In this document: positions 9,702 through 19,621 of the stretch, piece by piece | How positions within the stretch are numbered: position 1 is the first letter of the stretch | Layout: every line of letters begins with the position of its first letter | NCBI GenBank assembly: GCA_009602735.1 | Contig: WELA01003444.1 | Coordinates: 67,343 to 87,342 of the forward strand | Length of the DNA stretch: 20,000 nt | Direction of reading: 5' to 3' | Source: Mesotaenium endlicherianum | Taxonomy: Eukaryota | Made by a program: the position numbers and the translations under genes | The notes under the pieces: generated by a model | Told to the model about the DNA's origin: nothing | What the model saw: only the letters and a program-made list of their open reading frames with translations | Database searches by the model: none

Positions 9702-12700
9702 GTACTTCCTTCTTGTGTCCTTTCCTGAAAGCAATGCTTTTGACCGTAGGATTCTTGCTCACAGGCCGCGCATTCTCGTGCTAAGTTCTCAGCTCTTTGC
9801 AGGAATCGGAAAAGGACTTTTTGCAGTAAAGGTCTGCAGTCGTTGATAAGCAATTTGAGTTGAGAGGGTTTTCCTCGTTGGCTACAACTTCATGCAGCAC
9901 AGAACAGTGAAGCTGCATCTAGTCATCTGTCACAATGTAGGGCTTGTAAAGCGCATGTATGCAGTCTTAGATTAGACCCTGCCAGATTTCTCTACATTAC
10001 TGCATACGAATGGTCAGCATAGAAGTCCTGGTTCAGGTCAAAGTCAGCTCGTATATTCTTTCTGAACCTCAGACATCCCTGTACCTTTTATCCGACTTAG
10101 AAGAGGAAAAAGGGGCGTTGAAGGTGGTGGGGAGAAGGTGGGGAGGGTGGAGCTACAAGCACAGGGGAACGAACTTATGCGTTTTAAAACATAAACCCTG
10201 GCCACATCCAGGATTCATGTGGAGCAAAGCTGGGGGGACAGATGGGCTTTTTGTGCATAACTTTAGCTTTTCCTGGTCCTGGTGCTGTCACATGCCCCGC
10301 CCACCCACATGCTTGCATGCTCCTGAAGGAGTAAGCCGGGGATGGGTCGAGAGTAGGTACGAAAGGCACATTGACTGGCTGATTCTTCCAACTGGGAAGC
10401 ATAATTGCTGGAGTATACACTCTAGCCATTGCTAGTGCTAGTCCTGGCCAGCAGCTCATTCCCAGGCTTCTGTGTTGTCACCTGTCAGGCCCTGCAGTGA
10501 ATGAATGGGTGCCTTAGGTGGGAGCTGTGTCTTCATATCATTATGTCATCACATCTGTGTCTTGTCATCACATTGTCTCGGCCCAAATGCAGATGGTGCT
10601 GCTGGCCCCTCTCTGGTGGCCACCTCTGTGGACCTCTGTTGACCTTCTTTAATAAAGCATTCCATATATATTTTGTTGTCTTCATCAATCAGCAGCTCTC
10701 TTGAATCGTCTTAGCCACCTCTAGGGCTCCCTGCGATTCTGTGTTGACCGGTGTGGACCTCTGGAAAGACCTCTGCTGACCACTGTTACATTATGTATGT
10801 CCTCGGTCAACCTATTATGCAGCAGAGAAGCTTTGTAGCAAACTGCATCCTCTCGCCAGTATCTTAGCACATATTCTTGGTCAGGCAATTATGTTGGCCG
10901 CCTGCCGGTTAGCACTGGCCTTGATGGCTAGCCATCCATGGCTGGGTGTGTGATTGCAGACTCTGTTTCTGATTTGGGTGCTTGAGCTCTGGGCGAGCAC
11001 ACTCCAAGCCTGACAGAGTAGGCCCACCCCCTGCTGCGGAGGTACTTTGGGTGTGTCATTATTTTTAGTTTTACCCCAGCCGGCATTCATTAGTCTGTCA
11101 AGGTGTTACCAAAAACTGTGCCCGCCCCCTGTCTCCAGTGCCTGAATTGCCTGGATCACCTCAACAGAAGACAATCTGCAAGCTTGTAGACACAGCGCAC
11201 AGCAATTGAAGTGTTGGTTAGTCGGCTCTGAGTGTTGGGACAATCGCTTGGCAAGGGCGCAGCTGGGGACAGCCCAGGAATGGGACTCTGTATCAGTCTT
11301 GCGAGGTAAATTTCTTATTCTGGGTTGCTGAGGACAAAACTCGTCAAAGGCTTTCAAGGGGTTTTTCTTCTGCTACACAAGAGGGGGGCTCACCTCTGCC
11401 AACCACTCGCTGCCTGCTGCCTGTCGCCTCCTCTATGCCCATTTGTTGATTGCCTGTTTGACCAACTTATTGGCTGTTGTTGCTCGTTCATCAATTTCGT
11501 TCCGTAGAACTCAAGGGAGGTTACACACTCTTCTCGTTCGATGACGAGAGCGAGAGCGATGACAGCTCACCAGCCCCAGCAGCCTCCGAAGCTGCGGCCG
11601 CTGGTGTCAGCCCCGCCGACGAGACCGCTGGTGTCAGCCCCGCCGACGAAGTTGCGGCTGCTGATGTCAGCCCCGCCGAGCTGGCACCAGCTGTGACGTC
11701 AGCAAGCGCCCCACCCCGCAGCCCCACCAGCTTCAGCAAGCGTTCTCCCATCCCCTCGAGGACCCAGTGGCCCAGGGTCCAGCCTGGCGGCCAGGTGGCA
11801 GGCAGCGGCGGCGTCTCCTCTAACAGTGCGGCAGATGGTGCCGCCGTAGCTGCTCCTCCTGCAGCAGAAGAGCCTGCCGCAGAGGCGCCAGCTCAGGGCT
11901 GGACAGGTCCCCCTAGGCTGCCCTCTAGGTTTGTCAAACGCTCCCCTATTGCTCACACGGGGCAGCCCATGAGGGCCGTCCCTTCTGCGGGCGGCAACCC
12001 TCCAGCAGTGGAGGCGGGCAAGGACGTAGAGACAAAGGCGTCGACAGAAGCGTCCCCTGCTGACACCCCCGGGGCTGCAGGTGCAGAGGCGGAGTCGGGA
12101 GCACCTACAGCTCTTAGGGTGCCCCGTCTTATCTCAAATTTCTCAAAGAGATCACCTGTCCCAGCTGCCACCTTGCCCAGGAAAGGGGCGCCTCAAACGC
12201 CAGTGGCTGCAGCAGCAGGCGCACCCGAGGCGACAGCTGGCACAAAAGATGCAGGCAAGCTCTTGGACGATGGGGAGCCACTTGGGAGCTCTCCGAAAGC
12301 TTCCGGGCTGATCTTGCCGACGGCCATGCTCAGCTCGGCGTTCCAGCCCCCCCTGGCGGGGCCGACACCTGTCAGAACGTCAGCAGGCTCTGCTTCCCCT
12401 GCTGTCATGTCCGGCCCAGGCCCTCAGAACAGTGACACGCGCTCTGGCAGCTATCAGAAGCGCTCACCCATCCCTAGCCGCACCTCTTCCAGAGCCTCCC
12501 CAGCGGAGGTAGCCGTAGGCAATGCCTCGGCTGCGCCCACCTCGCCTGTCGCAGAGGCGGCCATGGAAGAGGCTCCTGCCTCTGCCACGGCATCTGCTCC
12601 TGCTCCTCCTCCTGCTGCTCCTGCTCCCGCCCCCGCTACCCCTGCACTTAATGATGTTGCTACTTCTCCTCTTCCTGCTGCTGCTGCTGCTGCTGCTGCT

Positions 12701-13573
12701 GCCGCTGATGGCGGTAATACCGGTGGTGAGCTTCTGGAGAGTGCCTCCCCTTCAGAGGAGAGCCTGGATGCGCCCAAGGTGCGCTCGCAGAAGAAGAAGG
12801 GGGCTGCTGCCAGCGTGGCTGCCGGAGAAGAGGCCCCAAGGGCGACAGGTGGCGCCAGCCTGGGTGCTGTTGCTGCGCCGGATGCTGCCCCGGCCGCGCC
12901 GGCAGCTGCCGAGAAGCTTTCGGAAGTGCCAAGTCAGCCTGAGGAGACGCCACAACAGCCCGAAGCAGCCGTGACTGCGGTGGCTACAGAGGGCGCGCCA
13001 GCTGTCACAGAGGCGGGAGAAGAGGACGGCACAGCTGCGGCGGGGGCCGGCAAAGCTGGAGGAGCCACGGGAGGAGGGGCAGGGAAGGCGAGTGTCACTA
13101 AGCCAGAGGCCAGCAAGGCAGGCGGAAGGGTCGCCAGCGCCCTGGAGGCTGCTGCTGCCACCCTCGCAACAGGTGGCAGGGCCAGCCAGAAGCCTGTGGG
13201 CTTTGGGAAGGCGGTCGGCAGGCCAGCGCGCGGCGCAGGCGGCGCGGCGCGGAGGGCCGCCAAAGAAGCTGCGGTGGCGCCAGGTGGCGCGGACAAGGGG
13301 GCAACAACTCATGCTCGAGTTTCCGCGGCGATGGCGAGTGGTGCGACTCAGGTCGCCACCCGGGGGGCAGGCTCGTCAGAGCACGAGATGGTGGCGGCCG
13401 CGGAGAATGCCTCCACAGATACGGACGCGCCAGGTGACGATGCGGAGGACTCCGCAGAAGGGCTGGGACAGCACAAGCTGCCTGAGCTGCGGAACATGGC
13501 CAAGGAGCGGGGCCTCAAGGGGTACTCCAAGATGAAGAAGGCTGAGCTGGTGGACGCGCTGTCCTCCCCCTAG
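9425..13573 (+). CDS. Rho termination factor N-terminal (Rho_N) domain protein, plant RHON1-like, probably plastid-targeted; proposed exons 9425-9701 and 11508-13573
   Basis: The long Ala/Pro/Ser/Glu-rich ORF ends in LGQHKLPELRNMAKERGLKGYSKMKKAELVDALS, a Rho_N helix-extension-helix signature placed at the C-terminus as in plant RHON1-type proteins. The upstream ORF MVSSISVNPSAFVQQLTSTQLRRPKVLSQKSSF... looks like a chloroplast transit peptide and has phase-1 donors compatible with the acceptor at 11507/11508. Confidence 0.72.
11508..13573 (+). CDS. Large terminal exon of the Rho_N domain protein
   Basis: Acceptor tttcgttccgtag|AA; more than 2 kb of uninterrupted frame; Rho_N domain at about 13460-13565. 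Confidence 0.88.
11600..11680 (+). repeat. Three in-frame copies of GCTG(G/A)TGTCAGCCCCGCCGA (A[GD]VSPA[DE]) inside the Rho_N gene
   Basis: Copies start at 11600, 11627 and 11660. Confidence 0.9.
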
Positions 13574-14613
13574 GAGGGAGACAGAGGGCGAGCACGAAAA
13601 GGGTCATCTGTGGACGGCGCATCGCTTGTCACATTGTCGTTTTGTCGATTTTTGTTGTCACTTTGTTGTTCTTGTCGTAATGGCCTCCCGGGGGTGTGAG
13701 CTGGTTGCGACTATTTGTTGACATCCTCAATTTGACTCGATAACTGCGAAGCTGTGCCTTGGCTGCATGCATGGGGAGGCTGTCGAGGAGTAAAGGAGCT
13801 ACATCGATTGTTATTACAAAAATCCTTCTATAATATTCGGAGACCAGGTGCTTGGACAAACAGGACAAGATTTCTACTGCTTGGAGCTGACACACGGGGC
13901 AAGAAAGTGCTTGGCTTCCAATAGAGAGGACTTTAAGAAAATGCATGTCATGTTGTCAGGTGCAGATGCCTTAGGCTTGCATCTGGTAGTTAATGTGGCA
14001 GTCATTGTGTAAGACTGCACAAAACTGGGGGTTGAAGTAATCGGACGTGTTGAACTACCCATGTAATTAGTCAATGTTGCGCTGAATGCTTTCTTCTTAG
14101 AGTGGGTGTCAATGAAGCCTTCCTTCCATTGAAAGTTCAAATGTCCAGCTTATACAGCAAGAACTGGTATTCTATGCATTTGAGCAAATTTCTGATCGAG
14201 CTTTTGATTGTTTTTCGTCGAAAATTGTTTGCTGCTGTTAGTTGCATGTGCATGGGCTGAAAATTCCTGTTTCAAACAACAGGTGGCTCGTTGGAAGCAG
14301 AAAAAGCTACTATCATGCTTTCAATGAAGCATAATGGTAGAATGAACCAACTCATCCTACTTTCATCAAATATAGAAGAGGTAATGAAAATGCACAGTCA
14401 GAGCAACTTCCTCCAGCCATCTCCGCCAACACTTCACGCATATGTCACTGGCTGAAGACAGAGTGAACCAAAATAGAAACAAGAAACCTCAACCATGCAT
14501 GGCTCAACCAGGTCTCCAGCAACGTCCATTGACGATATCGTGTCCCTCAAGTGTTCAAAAAATCAAGTGGCATGAGCTGGACACCAACACCCATCACCTG
14601 ATCTGCCCGTCCA

Positions 14614-14783
14614 TCACCGTCTCGTCTGACCATCAAGCGTAAGGAGGGGCCCGTACAGATCTGGCCGTCTGTCGCGGAATATTCCCCAGCTGGCGCGCTG
14701 GGCGCGGATCGCTTCCAAGTCAAACTTAGCAGTAATCACGGCTTCCTCCTGCGCTGCATCTGCCTCAATGGCTCCCGTTGGAC
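14614..14783 (-). CDS. CPA: CPA terminal exon
   Basis: gttgcag|GT CCA ACG...TGA; contains WGIFRDRRPDLY. Confidence 0.94.
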
Positions 14784-16741
14784 CTGCAACAAGGCCACAC
14801 AATGAGGAGAAAGAGAAGAGAGAAGAAGAACGGTCAGAAATGACAAGACGATACAAGAGACGAAAGACGAGAGAAGAGACCAAGAAGACTCAAAATACTC
14901 ACCGAAAAAGAGAGAAAAGAAACCGAGGGGAACCGTAGAGGTGCAGGAGTCCCTACATACACTCGCTGTCGTTGGACCAACAAACAACCCCAACAACTTA
15001 TACGAGCAACAACGAGCGCGTCAAATGCCAAGAAGTCAGAAAATGGACAGAACGATGGGGGAAGATGGAAGGCGTGAGGAGCATCTGAGGGGTTTTTCTG
15101 ATGCTTCCAAACAGTTAGTGATGCTTCTGGCGCTTTCTGATGCTTTTTCCAGATGCTTCCAATTGCTCAGTATTGCTTCTTACGCTTTCTGACGCTCTCT
15201 GATACTTTCTGATGCCACAAGTTGCTTCCATGGGGTCTGCTCCTCCTGGCTTGAGGGTTCGCCTCAGGCCATATGGAGCAAGCGCATGCACAGGCAACGC
15301 CGAGAGGCAAAAAGGCACAAGGCACACCCAAAATCACATGCATAGCTTGAAAGCCAGGTGGGTACATTGCCTCACGAGAAGAAGGGCCGTTTAAGAGAGC
15401 AAGAGCGAGAGGGAGCTGCTTCTGTTAAACGAGGCCAGGTGCGTCATTGACGAGAGGAATGGAGCGACAAGGTTCTCAAGAGCAGGCATGCTGAGGCTGT
15501 TGCATTGCGATGTGACGTGACGAAATGGACCGCGAGTTCAGTCAGACGGCAAAACTAAAAAACTTTAGACATGCAGTCTTCACCGTGCAACGGCGCCCTG
15601 ATTGGACGCAACTGATGTATTTCTTGTTCTTCTTTTCTCAGGGACAATGATGAGGCAACGTAGAAATAATGAAGCAAGAGAGAGAGGGAGAGAGGGAGAG
15701 AAAGAGGGAGGGAGAGCGGGAGGAGGGGGAGAGAGAGAGAGAGAGAGGGGGGGAGAGGGAAGGAGGGAGTGAACACGAGAGAGGGATAGAGAGAAACGCG
15801 CACCGGCGATGAAGGAGGTGCCGTAGAAGACGATGGTGCTGGCGCCGTGCTCCGTCTCCACCACCTCCCGCCCAATGCGGTTTGACGCCACCAGCGGCAC
15901 CTGCACGCCACTTGGCAGTCGCCAGACAGTCAAGTCAGGACCAGGTTGCCCCAGGCCTGCGCGCCACTTGGCAGTCAATCATATCAGACCAGGCCAGGGC
16001 CCCGCAGGCCTGCGCGCCACCTGGCGGTAGGTCAGGTCAGGCCGTCGCAAGGGACTCTCACGCAGCACTGGCAGAGGCCGCGGGCTTCACGTGCGAGAGC
16101 AGGGGCACACGCGCGCTCGCCTGGCGCGCGTGGGTGGGCATGCGCACACAGAGAGAACGGGAGGGAGGTGGTTGCTCCTCCTCCACAGCAGGCGAGGTCT
16201 CACTCTCACGCAGCATTGCCCAAGGCCGGGCCAGGCTTCACGCACACGCGTGCAGTGCCCGGGGATGGGCAAGCACAAACAGGGAGGGAGGGGATGGTGG
16301 CAGGCGGCAGCTACTTCTGGCTGACTGCACGCAGAGAGGCTGGAGCTTTTGCAAGGAGCTTGGGGCTTGCCCTCGCCGGAACGCTTCAGGCAGCGTTGGA
16401 GAACTTTGAGAAGGGTGAGGGTAGCGTGTGAGCAGGCGTGCACTCGAAGACGAGGCGGGTTGGTGCGTACACGGGAGATGGGGGGGAGTGGAAGAAAGCA
16501 AGGGCGTGAGACCTGGGGGGGGGAAACCTGGAGCCGCATGCTGCCCCCGACAGATCCTGGCCATATTATGCAGGTCCATCTGTTGCGCGCATACATGAAT
16601 TCATCACAGGAAGCTGTTTGCGAACATGCTGTTGACACGTAACACCTACGAACAGGTAATAAGTATGTCTCTATTTGCATATCCGTACACATACATATAG
16701 AAGTATATGTTTGTGTGTGAGAGAGAGCGCATTAACGTGTC

Positions 16742-16780
<39 letters not shown>

Positions 16781-19621
16781 CACGCGCGCGCGCGTGTGCC
16801 TACTTTAAGAACTCATCACATCCACGCATGCCCTCAGGCAGGTCTGGCCCATGTCAAAGGAATTTCAGAGCGAGCAATAAACCACAACCACAGCCGCAAC
16901 TGCAGCAACGGTCTAATGGCGGTGACAAGTGATGCAAGACCCACCAGGTTGGCACCAGCGTGGCCCTGCATGACACGTCGCCAGTGGTCCCGCGAGTCCA
17001 AGCTGGCGTCCTGCGGCTCGCTGCCGATGGCGGTGGGGTACAGCAACACCTCAGCGCCCATCACACACATGGCGCGCGCAGACTCCGGGAACCACTGGTC
17101 CCAGCAGATGGCTGCCACGTGTCGCAAGATCGCGAGCTCACGAGCCCGGGGCGGGTGTCAGAGGGGGGGACGAGAAAGGGCGGGCTCAACAGGCGGGGGG
17201 TGAAAGTTGGCCAGAGATGATGAGACTTGGAGAGAGATATGGGAGTAGGCGAGAAAGGAGACTCCGAGAGGACAGCTGGCGAGCGACGAGACTCTCAAGA
17301 GAGGAGGCGCGCCACTTGGCGCAAAGATGAGGGCTACCGTCGACTCACTCCACTACCCTCAAGGGACGCTTGAAGGAATCTCGAGGGACTCTCGAGTGAC
17401 AATTTTCACGAGGAATGTTCGACGAAGCTCCCCTGCTGTGGACGTCAAGCTGGCTCGGCCAGGAGGCGCAAGAGAGTGACTCTCGAGTAAGTGTGAGTGG
17501 CACTCATGGGTTACACCCCACGGAGCTGTCCTATTGTAATGAGCTGCCCAGGAGGCGGGCGGGCAGCATTGAGGTGGCCCCCCCAAAAGCTGCGCAGGAG
17601 CTGGAGCAGAAGCAGAAGAAAGAGGGGGCGGCAACGGGGCAGAGGAAACGGAAGCAGTGGAAGCGAGAGCAACCAATGGCATGGCAACACTAGCCAGCAC
17701 AGCATATGCTGCACGATTGCACAAGAAGGCACTTAGAATACAGTAACAGGCACGGCATATGCCCGCACGCGCGTGGAAGGTGGGGGGAGAATGAGCGGGG
17801 AGGGGGGACCCTGACGGGTGAGGGGGGGTCGTGAGAGGATAGCGCCAGGGAGGCATACGCACCGCAGCCGATTGTCGCAAACTTCGTCTTGAACACCTGC
17901 GAGAGGAGGAGCACACACGCAGGCAGGCAAGGAGGCAGCCTCAGTTGCACCTCCCCTGTATGAGGGGAAAACTTGATCAACAAATTGCCTGGAGAGGGAG
18001 GGACCAGTTTTGAGCCTGGGAAAGGTGGAAGAAGAAAGACCCGGTTTTGGTCTATGTACGAAGTCTCAAGTTTCCAAATTCAAATATGGGGTGAAAAGTT
18101 TCAGGTACTTGAGTGATTTCGGGCCAAGGAGAGTTCCAGTCTTGGAGCAAATGAAGGAGAGAGTGAGCTGGAGAGAGACAGCGCCGCAGCCGTGGGGCAT
18201 TCTAGAAACGAGCGCGAGTGCGAAGAGGGTGTGGTTTTAGAAACAGGGGCGCGCAGTTGCGCAGGTGTGACACGGTCAGTCGCGACTGAGAGGAGTCGTC
18301 ATCAGACGGCTGCAGAGACGGGGGCAGCGGGTTGTGCTGCTGCCAAACAAGGGTGCGAGCAAGAAAAGCCGGCTGCGGGAATTCATGCATGCATGCGTGC
18401 ATGCACCTGCAGCAAGGCCCCCCCACGCGGGCATGCATGCGATACGAGCGTGGATGCATGGGTGCATGGGTGCATGGGTGCATGCGTAGGCACGCACACA
18501 CTCGTGCGCGTATAGAGACGTGTGAGGTGTGGAGGGACCCCTCACATGAACTCCCCTATGCAGATCCAAGAACTTGAGAGTAGTATAGATATTGAACAGA
18601 AGAACATGCAAGAAAACAAAGAAATAGTGAAGAAAACAGAAGTGTATGAACTAACAAACAGAAAAGAAGGAAACACAAGAACAGGAGCTAAGTGACGACA
18701 ATGACGACAAAAGAAAAGCGCCCCGCCCGGGGGTGGGCGCAGGAGAGCACTGCTGCCTTCCACCATCCGGAGCACTCGGGAGGTGAATGGCAGACACGGA
18801 GACCAAACAAAAAGACAAGGAGAGATGCGGACACAAAGGTGGCGACCAGGTGGGTCGCACGACTGCTCTGTTGCTACAACATACCCCGGGCACTCAAGGA
18901 TTGAGAGCGCGCGCACACACCTTGAAGCCGGTGTCGCCGGGGCTGAAGTAGAACTTCTCCTCATAGCCTGAGAGAGAGGGAGAGGGTAAGAAGGGGGGAG
19001 GAGGGGGCAGGAAGGAAGAGAGGNCCATTTCGTCGTGCATGCGGCTACGAACGTGAATCTGGATGCATGTGAACACTCACGTGGTTGTAGATACTTACAC
19101 TCCACGTATTTCCAGACAAACAAGTGAGCATGAGCATACAGCCTGCACATGCACATGAACCATTGTGTGTGTGTGTGTGTGTACTTATGAGGGGGTATGC
19201 GTGCGCTTATCTGTTGCATGTGTGCAGATGTACATGCGTGCGTGTGCGCATTTACGGATGTGCATGCCCATGCGCGCGTGCGTGCGTTTGTGCAATCGTG
19301 TTTGCATGCGTGTTAAGTGTTCGCGCGCTTGTGCACGCACGTCCTGCGTGCTTGTACACATACCCATGAACATGCACATGCACGTGCGCGCGTGCACTTT
19401 CTGCACCTGAGCCCGCGTGCATGCGCGAGCTAGCGCGCGCCTGCCACAGCGTCTGGCACCAGCACTCACCGGGACCGTCGGGGATGTGGCTCTTGCGATA
19501 AAGACCGAGGTCAGCCCCGTCCGCGTCGATAACGACGACGCTATTGAAGAAGGCGTTGTTGGCGCGCTCGAAGAAGCTCACCGGCAGCACCACGCCCAGC
19601 TCCTTTGCCAGCGCCTGGAGC
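14614..19621 (-). CDS. CPA: N-carbamoylputrescine amidase (nitrilase superfamily; plant CPA/NLP1, bacterial AguB), 5'-partial; exons 19621-19470, 18967-18921, 17896-17863, 17111-16945, 15900-15804, 14783-14614
   Basis: Six exons join in phase through GT-AG introns: LQALAKELGVVLPVSFFERANNAFFNSVVVIDADGADLGLYRKSHIPDGPG-YEEKFYFSPGDTGFK-VFKTKFATIGCA-ICWDQWFPESARAMCVMGAEVLLYPTAIGSEPQDASLDSRDHWRRVMQGHAGANL-VPLVASNRIGREVVETEHGASTIVFYGTSFIAG-PTGAIEADAAQEEAVITAKFDLEAIRAQRASWGIFRDRRPDLYGPLLTLDGQTRR*. The catalytic Lys (YRKSHIP) and Cys (ICWDQW) are present. The exon with the catalytic Glu lies beyond 20000. Confidence 0.96.
15092..15215. repeat. Degenerate ~10-bp minisatellite (TTTCTGATGC-like), intronic
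   Basis: Recurrent tttctgatgctt / ctttctgacgct / ctttctgatgcc units. Confidence 0.7.
15678..15793. repeat. (GA)n/homopurine tract
   Basis: gagagagggagagagg...; on the - strand it is a C/T tract just after the CPA donor at 15803. Confidence 0.9.
15804..15900 (-). CDS. CPA: CPA exon (VPLVASNRIG...FYGTSFIAG)
   Basis: cgtgcag|GTG CCG...GCC G|gtgcgc; 97 nt. Confidence 0.95.
16745..16798. repeat. (GT)n(GC)n microsatellite
   Basis: Perfect TG run followed by a CG run. Confidence 0.93.
16945..17111 (-). CDS. CPA: CPA exon (catalytic Cys, ICWDQWFPE)
   Basis: gtggcag|CC ATC TGC TGG...CTG|gtgggt; 167 nt. Confidence 0.95.
17863..17896 (-). CDS. CPA: CPA short exon (VFKTKFATIGC)
   Basis: ctcgcag|GTG TTC...TGC G|gtgcgt; 34 nt; phase fits both neighbours. 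Confidence 0.9.
18921..18967 (-). CDS. CPA: CPA exon (GYEEKFYFSPGDTGFK)
   Basis: ctctcag|GC TAT...AAG|gtgtgt; 47 nt. Confidence 0.94.
19140..19440. repeat. Alternating purine-pyrimidine low-complexity tract in a CPA intron
   Basis: gtgtgt/gcgcgt/tgcatg units over about 300 bp; a similar tract lies at 18384-18510. Confidence 0.85.
19470..19621 (-). CDS. CPA: CPA exon (YRKSHIPDGPG)
   Basis: tggcgcag|G CTC CAG...CCC G|gtgagt; 152 nt. Confidence 0.95.

Noticed and set aside
10010..11357. Several 60-140 aa ORFs in the Rho_N intron
   Set aside because: No recognisable motifs or consistent splice phases; the lengths are compatible with chance.
257..19621. The four genes as a functional cluster or novel system
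   Set aside because: They serve unrelated functions (leucine catabolism, mitoribosome, plastid RNA binding, polyamine synthesis) in alternating orientation, which is an ordinary eukaryotic neighbourhood.
14614..19621. aguB-like gene as a recent bacterial transfer
   Set aside because: It is intron-rich and has the plant-type ETEHG segment; the family is established in green plants.
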